This document shows positions 39,015-57,089 of a DNA stretch of 64,000 nt, piece after piece. Position 1 is the stretch's first letter. The number at the start of each line of letters is the position of its first letter. Below the pieces are notes generated by a model. It searched no databases, was not told the origin of the DNA, and saw only the letters and a list, made by a program, of their open reading frames with translations. The position numbers and the translations under genes are program-made. Location of the stretch: the NCBI GenBank assembly GCA_964016885.1, contig OZ024740.1:442370001-442434000 (forward strand). Direction: 5' to 3'. This DNA is from Eledone cirrhosa. Taxonomy: Eukaryota.

Positions 39015-39507
39015 TAAGTTAAAAAAATTACATCTACATATGCATACTGAAATACTAGTGTGTATATGAATACACACACGTATACATATGTATATGTAAC
39101 AAGTCTTTCACTGGTTGCTTTACTGTGAGCACCCAGCTATTCTGTATGTAAACACACAGACAAACCGGTTTTTAGAGTCATACTGGTTTTTGAGGGAACA
39201 CCTTCCCTCTATTCTCCAGAAAGCCAGACAAGGACTCTAAAAACCGGTTTGTCTGTGTGTTTACATACAGAATAGCTGGGTACTCACAGTAAAGCAACCA
39301 GTGAAAGACTTGTTACATATACATATGTATACGTGTGTGTATTCATATACACACTAGTATTTCAGTATGCATATGTAGATGTAATTTTTTTAACTTAATT
39401 GTTTAAGCGTCAGTCATACAAAAGTGAGTTACAAACGAAACGAAATTTAATTTCGTTTCGTCATTTGTTTTTATCGTCTCCGCTGAACCAGTGCGTACTC
39501 ACACTCT

Positions 39508-39555
39508 ATGCAAATTAGTCTGCCCACTACTAATTTTCATAGAAAAAGCATATAA
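39508..39555 (+). promoter_or_regulatory. Putative snRNA-type promoter: octamer + TATA (family B)
   Basis: ATGCAAAT at 39508-39515 and TATAA at 39551-39555. Confidence 0.5.
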
Positions 39556-39600
39556 CGATAAGTGCTTTTACAATTCTCCAGAAAGGCCGGTAGATAGGTA

Positions 39601-39645
39601 AATGTTGCTGATGAGTTGAAACATCAACGAAACTAGTTCAATATT
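39601..39645 (+). ncRNA. Type I hammerhead ribozyme (family B)
   Basis: AATGTTG-CTGATGA-GTTGA(AACA)TCAAC-GAAAC-TA-GTT-CAATATT: 7-bp stem I, 5-bp stem II, palindromic ACTAGT, GUU triplet. Confidence 0.9.
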
Positions 39646-39836
39646 CCTTGTCTGGCAATTCAACTTTTCAAATACAATTCGATGTTGTACGGTATGTCAA
39701 ATCTATTTATCTATAAAACTGTTTATATTGTATTTTGTCTGAGGAAGGCATAGCATATTGTTAATATGATATCCCTGAAATATATATAATGAAATAAATA
39801 TGGTTTTATAAATATAGTTTCCATTTATTTAATATC

Positions 39837-39876
<40 letters not shown>

Positions 39877-39883
<7 letters not shown>

Positions 39884-40373
39884 TAAAAAAATAATGAATA
39901 AAACAATGAAACAGTTCCTTATATTAAACAAAAAAAGTTCATTATTTAACGATCGTTTCTAGGATATATATGTGTTAGAATTGGCATGCATATTCAACAG
40001 ATCTATGTACAAAATTATACAAAATTATACAAATTATCAAAATTAAATATACACACCAAACACATATATATGCCGTCTTCAGAAATCTTTATTTCTGAAG
40101 ACGGCATATATATGTGTTTGGTATGTATATTTAATTTTGATAGTTTGTATAATTTTGTATAATTTTGTACATAGATCTGTTGAATATGCATGCCAATTCT
40201 AACACATATATATCCTAGAAACGATCGTTAAATAATGAACTTTTTTTGTTTAATATAAGGAACTGTTTCATTGTTTTATTCATTATTTTTTTAATATTTT
40301 ATCTTGACTCTGTATTCCGTTTATCTTTCACCGAAAGTGATTTTTCATTGCATCTCTTCTTTCCATGATATCC
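39877..40373 (+). mobile_element. Family C fold-back element with long-stem-II hammerhead (cut by the gap)
   Basis: ~210-bp inverted arms 39877-40086/40091-40300. CTGAAGA at 40095 and GAAACGATCGTT at 40218. Confidence 0.75.
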
Positions 40374-40573
40374 NNNNNNNNNNNNNNNNNNNNNNNNNNN
40401 NNNNNNNNNNNNNNNNNNNNNNNNNNNNNNNNNNNNNNNNNNNNNNNNNNNNNNNNNNNNNNNNNNNNNNNNNNNNNNNNNNNNNNNNNNNNNNNNNNNN
40501 NNNNNNNNNNNNNNNNNNNNNNNNNNNNNNNNNNNNNNNNNNNNNNNNNNNNNNNNNNNNNNNNNNNNNNNNN
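40374..40573. other. Assembly gap (200 N)
   Basis: Run of exactly 200 N. Confidence 0.99.
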
Positions 40574-41207
40574 GTATATGTGTGAGTAAATGAATGTGTG
40601 TGTATATGTGTATGCGTATTTTATCTGTAGTTTGTGGACATACAGAGACATTAGCCTTGAATTTTTGTATTTACATACATCTTTTTGGCATGCGTATGCA
40701 TGTGAATATATATCTTTATGCATATCTATGAACGAAGTTAATTACATATATACACACACCTAACTGTATAAACTTTTTGTATTTCATTGGTCAATTTGAA
40801 CTCTGTTCCCAAACAGACTTGTAATTTTGAATTGTTGTTATTATCAATAAATATATTTCATTATTTCTGAAGACGGCATATATATGTGTTGGTATGTATA
40901 TTTAATCTTGATACTTTGTATAATTTTGTATAATTTTGTACATAGATCTGTTGAATATGCATGCCAATTCTAACACATATATATCCTAGAAACGATCGTT
41001 AAATAATGAACTTTTTTTGTTTAATATAAGGAACTGTTTCATTGTTTTATTCATTATTTTTTTTATATTTTATCTTGACTCTGTATTCCGTTTATCTTTC
41101 ACCGAAAGTGAAATTTCATTGCATCTCTTCTTTCCATGATATCCGGATTACATTGAGTTCTTCATACGGATTGGACACTACCGTAAACTCTTGGTAGATT
41201 TATCTAC
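40574..41207 (+). mobile_element. Family C PLE-type terminal repeat element
   Basis: 40860-41143 matches 40089-40373. The 3' end TTGGTAGATTTATCTAC joins (TA)n. Confidence 0.7.
40857..41010 (+). ncRNA. Hammerhead ribozyme motif with ~115-nt extended stem II (family C)
   Basis: 10-bp stem I TTCATTATTT/AAATAATGAA, core CTGAAGA, long imperfect hairpin (ATATATATGTGTT/AACACATATATAT), GAAAC-GATC-GTT. Confidence 0.68.
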
Positions 41208-41901
<694 letters not shown>

Positions 41902-41903
<2 letters not shown>

Positions 41904-42458
41904 GGTAGCTGCCAACTCGTTTTCGAGTACGGCCACTACTTTATATCCATGTAGGAGAACCCCTACCGATGCGCTGAACGAATGTGACTTTTTAGTCCAG
42001 CCAGCGACTTGAAAACTCTGGTACAAAGACTACACTTGTGACCATTATTGACACATAGTGCAGGGCCCATGGTACCATGTGATGACAAGTGCAGAGAGAT
42101 CTCCAGATATAAAGCAATGCCTGTGCTGTGAAGCTTTTATAGTGAGCAAAGGCACTGCACAAAGCCAGTCCCACTCTCTTAACCAAGATGATATTTACCA
42201 AAAAGAAGAACAAGTCAACATCATTGGATACCATCAGGGTTGCAGGTGTTATATCAGAGTTTTCCTTCTCCTAGAATTCTGCCTTGACAAAGGCTAAGGG
42301 GTCATCTCTCCCAGTGATTTTGGATGGCTATTGACTCTTAAGAGCTCCCTTGCCCTTTGACAGGTTTTGTTTTTAGTCCTGCAGGATGTCCAAAGTCACC
42401 CTCCTCACCAAGAAACCTTGGTGGGGTTGCCAGTTTAGTCGCCAACGACCCGACCATG
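41902..42458 (-). mobile_element. Family D (RTE 5'-UTR-like non-coding element), longer copy
   Basis: Homologous to 22076-22479 and extends ~150 bp further 5'. The first ~23 nt are duplicated again at ~42498-42520. Confidence 0.6.
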
Positions 42459-42520
42459 ATATATATATACATATATATATACATATATATATATATATAG
42501 TCGCCAACGACCCGACCATG

Positions 42521-48056
<5,536 letters not shown>

Positions 48057-48073
48057 CATATATATATAAATAC

Positions 48074-48126
<53 letters not shown>

Positions 48127-48128
48127 CT

Positions 48129-48196
<68 letters not shown>

Positions 48197-48372
48197 TATA
48201 TATACATATATATATATTGTTATACTTTGGGAGGGTCATGTTGCCAATAAGAAACACACGCACCAGTTGCTTTCACTTCAATTTAATTTATTATATATTT
48301 ATAAATTTACAAATTTATAAATTTCTGGTTGGTTGGTTGGTTCCACAACCAGATAGTTGTTTATATATATAT

Positions 48373-48417
48373 AGTCATAGTTCTTTCGTCACACACTCTG
48401 TGACCTCTTCAGTGACT
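48373..48417 (-). ncRNA. Minimal type I hammerhead ribozyme
   Basis: Reverse complement reads AGTCA-CTGAAGA-G-GTCACA(GAGTG)TGTGAC-GAAAG-AA-CTA-TGACT (CUA triplet). Confidence 0.85.
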
Positions 48418-48797
48418 GGGGATTTCTTTCTTCGTTTCTGTGCCTTTCCTTTCTTCTATCCTACGCCATTTTGTTTGTGTGTGGGTTGCGTGCTCAGTTT
48501 GCGCATGCGCCACATTCGGGTGTCTGTGTGTGTTTGTGTTCATTTTTCTATTCTTCTATTTATATCTTCCTACTTGTTTGTTTATTTATTTATTTATTGT
48601 TGGTTGGTTGTTTGTTTGTTCTATGTGTGTGTGTGTTTTCATTTTGTCTTGTGTGTGTTTTCATTTTGTGTGTGTTTTCAATTGTAAGTTGTTTGTTCTA
48701 TGTGTGTGTGTGTTTTCATTTTGTCCTTAATTGTAAGTTGTGATGTTGCTGTTCCACTCATATTTTCTATTTAATTTTGGTTTTAATTCTTTTATGC

Positions 48798-49165
48798 TTA
48801 CTGCCTCTGTAATTTGCCTAAACATTGCGCTTTCTTGTGTGTGGATTCTATTTTTATTTCTATGCTCTCTAATTTACCCCTGTGTTCTATCTTAGCATGT
48901 TGGTAGAGCACAGATGATTCTTTACTATCTTGGAGGTCTCGCCAGTGTTCATTTATTCGTTCCCCTATACTACGAGCTGTCTCACCTATGTACACTATAT
49001 TTTTGTTTCTACATTGTCCTTCAGTACATCTTATGCTATATACTACATTTCTAGTTTTACAGTTAATATGGGGGCTTATTTTACAGGTTATACATTTCTT
49101 ATCTATACATGAGGGTCTTTGGAACGGGTATGTCTTGCTAATAAGTGTTTTTACGGAGGTACCAG
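48798..49165 (-). pseudogene. PLE zinc-finger + GIY-YIG endonuclease fragment
   Basis: GTSVKTLISKTYPFQRPSCIDKKCITC...CKTRNVVYSIRCTEGQC...YIGETARSIGERINEH. Confidence 0.85.
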
Positions 49166-50293
49166 GTGCGTGTGTTTCTTATTGGCAACATGACCCTCCC
49201 AAAGTATAACAATATCGGTTTCAACACACGATTTCAGATAAAGAATCTTGCTAAACAAATTCAGAAACTAAATATACTATAGTTATAAATAAATTCGATA
49301 TACTATCATAATTCGATATACTATAATAAATTATAATATATTCGATATACTACAATAAATAATAGAACAGAGCATAAAAGAGTGGGGGGGGGTTAATATA
49401 ATCATATTCAATCTAGGGGGGTTGACAATAAGTTTATGCGTGCATGGGGGGGGGGGGGAGAGGGGGGGGGGGTTAATAGATAAATCAGAATAGACTTAAA
49501 AATAAGAATAGACTTAAAATAAAAATAAAATAAAATAAAATAAAAATATAAATAGAATTGAAAATAAAAAATAAAAATAAAAATAAAAATAATGTTAAAA
49601 TTAAAAATAATGTTAAAATTAAAAATTAAAGTTAATGATAATAAAAGAATATATAAAGGTAATAACGTGTGTAATCTTATGTGTACTAACAAGGTGTAAT
49701 AGTGAAGACATAGATACGGTACAGTGGCCAAATGATTATGAGAACTAGAATGAAGAGTCATAAAAAACCAATGTTAATAATAGTGTTGGCAAACAAAAGA
49801 ACCCAAACAAAGAACTAAGTAATGGAATATATCTGCTAATGGGTTCGATTTGTACTACTAGAACATTTGGGTTTATAATAAAAGTAAGAATTAGAAATTG
49901 CATGGGGGCAAGAAGAGAATATCTCAGACTTTCTATTCAGTAAGGTTACGCTACATTTATTATGTAACCCAATTACGCTACATTTATTATGTAACCCAAT
50001 ATGAACCATGTTGTACATATGGTAATTGTTAATATAATGTTCACTGTGACATCTATATTGTTTCTGTAAATTAACCGGATATATATATTCTTATTTTATA
50101 TATATTCTACTTTATTATATTGTATTATATTATATAATTTTGTTGTTTATTATTTATTATAAGTGTTTCTTGTAATTATTGCCCCATGTATATTGGGTAG
50201 ATATATTAGCATTATTTTCACTATTACCATGTTTATTTTTAATATTTTTGAGGCTTAATTTCTGTGTAATAGAAAATAGATATGTGTATTGTA

Positions 50294-50330
<37 letters not shown>

Positions 50331-50655
50331 TGTGCGCGCACATATATACATGTATATATCGCACCTTTTGATTTTTGATTTGGAATTTCAGTGTTGGTAT
50401 AGATATATTATTATTAGAACGTATTATACTGTTATATATAATTCCTGTTCTATATAACCAAATTTGTTTAGATTTAAGTTGGTGACTTTGGACCATATTT
50501 GTAATATGGTTCTTAATGTCATCTACATCCTTAGTTATTATAGTTTTATCCTCATTTTTATTATCCTATATCCTTGTAAGACATTAGTATATGTAAACCC
50601 CATATTCTTCAGAGTTTCTGGCTTGTATCTGCCGAAATTACTTCTTGTTGTTTTG

Positions 50656-50700
50656 ATTGCCCTGATGAGTCCTTAATAGGACGAAACATTGTCGGCTAAT
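50656..50700 (+). ncRNA. Minimal type I hammerhead ribozyme in a solo PLE-type terminal repeat
   Basis: ATTGCC-CTGATGA-GTCCT(TAAT)AGGAC-GAAAC-ATT-GTC-GGCTAAT, followed by AATAAA. The element ends at (TA)n near 50849. Confidence 0.9.
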
Positions 50701-50848
50701 AAAAACTTTTGATGTATTAAAGGATTCTTTGTTTTACTCTCTTAATTTTTCGGCTCTGTTTAACTGCATTGAGCTATACCTTTTACTGTCATTTCTATAA
50801 TACGAAGAGGGTGTTTGACTCAAACACGCTCCAGTATTCTAATCCTTA

Positions 50849-51677
<829 letters not shown>

Positions 51678-52358
51678 GGAATAGAAAGGGCTAAAGCAAT
51701 AGGCATTGATGAATTACGGAAACAGAAACAAATTCAAGGTACGTCCAATATTCTATCATATATCTCAACACACAACCCAAGAAATGCGGAAGCTTACAAC
51801 ACTATTCACAATAACATCCCACTACTAAAACAAAACCCAAGAATGAAAAAAGCCCTTGAAACACACAAAATAATCAAAAGCAAAAGACAACCAAAATCAC
51901 TGAAAACATTACTCACCAATGCCAAATTACCTACCACAAACCCACAACCAAGTATCAAAAAATGTGGTCGCTCTAATTGTGGAACCTGCACTCACCTCAT
52001 TGAAGGCAACACGTATACATTTAAATCAGGACAAAATTTTACTGTAAAAAATCACTTCACTTGCTCATCAAAAAATCTACTTTATGCCATTAAATGTAAA
52101 GGATGCAATGAAGATTATATAGGACAAACTAAACTCACACTCAGAAACAGAATGACAGTTCATCGCCAACAATTACGAGATCCAACCACGAGACAAATAC
52201 CACTAAGTGCACATCTAGACATTTGCGCAAGTAATAAGACACCCAAATTCCAAGTCTTCCCATTTTACCTTTGCGCTAACAATACAACAGAACAAATGCG
52301 AATAAATAAGGAAAATATGTTTATTCAAAAATATAGACCAACATTAAATAAGGTTTAA
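51678..52358 (+). pseudogene. 5'-truncated Neptune-like PLE ORF (linker, zinc finger, GIY-YIG), reading frame intact
   Basis: [66 protein letters not shown]. Confidence 0.88.
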
Positions 52359-52849
52359 TATACATTATGTCAACACCACAATATGACATACACACACACA
52401 CATAACACCTACTCTAGAAAATAAAAACCCGAACTAAATAAACCTTAAACATACGTTTGCACTGGCAATACAACAGCAAACACGAAAAAGTCAGGAAAAT
52501 ATGTTCATTCAAAAATATTCCTACTAAAGGAATCATTTTGCTACACACACACATACACACACACAATATATATATATATATATATATATTCTCTTCATCT
52601 TAACATGTTAACCATACTCCCACACACATAACACCCATACACACACATAAAAACCCCCACACCTACAACACCCTCCCCATTTCTACTAATAGAACCACTT
52701 TCCTACACACATATATATATACACACACACAACAAATATATATTCTCTCTATCTAACATACTCGCACACACACACATAACACCCATATACACACACACAC
52801 AACACCCTCCCCCATCTCTACTAATAGAATCATCTTCCAATACACACAT

Positions 52850-52882
<33 letters not shown>

Positions 52883-53142
52883 AGCACACAAATAAACACA
52901 TATCTTCAGTCTCAATAGAAAATCTGAACTCTGACACCTGAACTCTGACAGCTGGCCATATTCACTGAACCAGAACATTTCTCCCAATCCCTTTTCCCTT
53001 GACCACTATCTCTCCATTGTCATAACATTCACTATAAAGACTACAGAATAGTTTTCCAAATAAGGGCGCAAAAATGTAATGAAAACTTGTTCACGTGACA
53101 GCCAAATTTCATTTATAACCAACCAAAAAAAAAAAAAAAAAA

Positions 53143-53877
<735 letters not shown>

Positions 53878-53953
53878 AACTTTGAAATGTTTTGGCCAGT
53901 ATTGGCCCAGGCCATGTCTAACTTAATAGCACCACCTGGCGAAGTCTTTCAAT

Positions 53954-56900
53954 TCAGGATTTGGGCACCATGGCCCATTCGAGAAGAGAATTACTGTTTG
54001 CGGAGACATATCCGGGTGTGGGTGGTTTGTCCGGGATTACTTGGAGGAATTTGTCCAAAGACTTCTTGAATTTTGTGTGGTCAGTTTCTGTTTTGACGTG
54101 TCCTGGTGTGATGTTGAAGAGAGCAGGGCCGATTGAGGTGAAATAATTGTGCCGTATTGTTGTTATGAGTTGCGATTTAGATTTTTGAATGGGACGGATA
54201 GCACGGGGCCCAAGCCTTGGGTGTATCTTGAAGGCGATGCCAACATCATTTGGGCAGTGATGATGGAACATTTTCCACATCATGCAGATAATATAACGCT
54301 CACGGCGACGTTGGAGTGAGTAAAGTTTCAGGTTTTCTAATCGACCCCAGTAGTCAAGGTCTGACATGCCATCTATCTTTTTCGTGATCGCCCTTTGAGG
54401 AGCTTCAAGTTTCATGATACTTTGTTTCGTGTGGGGAGACCACAGTGGACAACAGTATTCAAGGTGTGGTCGGGCAAAAGTAGAGAAGAGAAGGATAATG
54501 GTGCGGGAATCTCTCGACTGAAAGGTTCTGAGGATCCAGGAACACATTCTGCGGGCCATGTCAACTTTGCTGCTTATATGCGTGGTCCAGCTTATGTTGC
54601 TGTCCACGGTTACTCCCAAGTCTCTGATGTTGTTAGATGCCACGAGAGTTTCCCCGGAGGGAAGGGAGTACGGGAGTTTCAGAGCATCCTCTTTTCCAAA
54701 GTGGATCAGTTCGAATTTGTCTTCGTTCAGTAACATGTTGTTCTTTTCCGCCCATTGAGTAACAGCCAGTAGGTCTGACTGAAGGCCTATCCGGTCATCC
54801 ACGCCATTGATGACCTTTTGGAGCTTGGAATCATCAGCGAAAATTTTAATGTTGCTGTGTTTGATGATGTCAGTGATGTCATTAATATAGATGATGAAGA
54901 GAAGTGGGCCCAACACAGTGCCTTGTGGGACCCCACTACTGACTTTGGCTGGGCTGGATTTGACTCCCTCAACTACAACATGTTGGGTTCTGTTTGACAG
55001 GAAGCTCTTGATCCACTGCAGCAGCTTTCCAGTGACACCAATATTGGACAGCTTTCTCAGTAGAATGTTATGATCAACCCTGTCAAAGGCCTTGCTGAAA
55101 TCAAGGTAGATAACATCAGTGTTGGAACCCTCTCCCAAGGCTCTCAAAATGTCATCAAAGTGATGCAGTAGCTGCGTCAGGCAATCCCTTCCATTACGGA
55201 ATCCATGCTGGTTGGAGTTCAGCATATTGTTACTCTCAAGGAAGTGGGTCATTCGCGATCTCACCACTCTCTCAAATACCTTAATGATATGAGAGGTGAG
55301 TGAGATTGGACGGTAATTCACGGCAAGGGATTTGTTTCCCTTTTTGAAAACTGGGACAACAGACTGGGATAGAAGGTTTTCTGGCACATATCCAGCATCC
55401 AGTGAGTTCCGCCACAGATTGGCAAGAGGAGATGCAAGTTGGTGTTGACACGCCTTCAAGACACAAGCAAGGAACCTATCGGGACCTACTGCTGAATTAT
55501 GCTTGATTTCCTTTATTGCCGCCAAGACATCAGGGCGCCAAACGTTGTCCGATAAGGTGTAATGGGGAGTAACATCGCCGATACAGCCCAGATCGGCCAT
55601 ATCAGGATTGCTGAAAACAGAGCAGTATTGTTTCTGCAGTATCTCACCCATGGTTTTAGCATTGTCTTGAAGAGTGCCATTTTCATCAATTAGAGGGCCA
55701 ACAGTAGAGCCAGTGATTTTGTGTTTTTTTGCAAAGGAAAAGAACACTTTGGGATTGAGTTTGATCTTCTCAATGGCCCAGGCCTCTTCAGCTCTTCTCT
55801 GATTGTTGATGAGGGACATTATGTTGTTTTGGAGGTTATGTTTTTTAATCTCTAGTGATGAAATGGCAGTCAAGTTGATGTGTTGCTGCTGAAAGTATTT
55901 CAGCTTGTTGATTTTTTTTGTTCGTTCTCTTAATTTTTCTGATGAGCGTTTTTCTATTTCTAGAGATTCTGCTCTTAGATTTGTTTATAGTTCTTAATGG
56001 GGTGTGTTTAGCACATATGTTTGTAACAGTGTCCACAAATGTCTGCCAGGACTTTTTGATGTTAGTGGGTGTATGAGTGTGCGTGAAGGACCAGTCGACA
56101 TGTGCAAGATCATGACTGATCGCTTCCCAGTTTGCATTGTGGAAATCCATAGCGTCAAACGGATGGACAGGAGAGATGACATTGGGTTTGTATATTGGAC
56201 GGTGGAATCTCAGATCACAGAGAACCATGTCATGATCAGAGAGTAGAGTTTTCTCCACTGCAATATAGTGGATATTGTCAGTGTGATTGCTGAAAATTAA
56301 GTCTAGGACGTTTTTGTGGCACCTCGTTGGTTCGAGCACCAGTTGGGATAGGAAGAAATCATCCATGAAGTCAAGAAGCGATTCTACAGCTTCCCTGTCA
56401 GAGGTTGAGGCAGAAGAACCTGGTGGCAGGCTGTTTGTGGACCAGTCAACTCCGGGGAGGTTGAAGTCCCCCATCATTAAGATGTTGTCAGGGTGACACT
56501 CTTGGATGAAACACTTTATGCTGTTGAGGCATTCCTTGAAGCATGGTACAGGCGTTTGGGGTGGCCTATAGAGCCCAACTACTAATAGGTTGTTGGTTTG
56601 ACTGAATACAGTGACTGCCTCACAGTATCCATTAGTGAATATGTTCATAGCCTCTGTTGAGAAAGAATTATGGACATAAATGGCAGTTCCGCCCTTTCTT
56701 CTGCCAGCGCGATCAGCACGGATGGCTTTGAAATTTTTCACTTTCACCTCGGCTTCCAAGTGGAGGTTACTGAGATGGGTTTCAGTGAGGACGAAGAAAG
56801 GGATGTGGTTTGGATGGACATCAATCCAGTCCTCCAGGAATTTGATCTTCCATTTTTGAGTATTGGTGGAAGGGCTGATGCCTTGGGCGTTAAGCAAAAA

Positions 56901-57089
56901 TGTAGAGGCGAGAGTGGATGGTTTCAATTGTTTTGGTGTGTTGTTAATTTGTTTGTTTGTTAATGGCAGCAATGGGAGTTTGTGCAGTGGGGTGATAGTG
57001 GAGGGTGGTGCTGGGTGATAGCTCGAATGTTTTTTTCCAGTACTTTTGCCAAATTCATTATGGCTAAAAAAGAGGAAGAAGTTTCCTGT
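53954..57089 (-). pseudogene. CR1-group ORF2 (APE-RT), one frameshift near 55915
   Basis: ORFs 55845-56972 and 53954-55873 together match copy 1 ORF2. The frame is open upstream to TAA at 57090-57092. Confidence 0.9.

Larger units (their letters stand above)
39011..39660 (+). mobile_element. Retrozyme-like family B with 169-bp 5' fold-back
   Basis: Inverted arms 39011-39179/39233-39401, then an oligo-T / octamer / TATA / HHR module similar in layout to family A. Confidence 0.75.
48215..49214 (-). mobile_element. 5'-truncated Penelope-like element with 5' inverted copy of its 3' end
   Basis: GIY-YIG fragment, HHR at 48373-48417, and ~50-bp inverted termini at 48221-48265 region/49165-49214. 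Confidence 0.82.

Noticed and set aside
42310-42458. HDV-like ribozyme at the 5' end of family D (known for RTE elements)
   Set aside because: Could not be folded by eye into a nested double pseudoknot with P1.1 and J4/2. Only simple hairpins were seen.
52359-53120. Expected hammerhead in the 3' region of the PLE at 51678
   Set aside because: No CTGANGA...GAAA arrangement with paired stems was found. Probably truncated or decayed.
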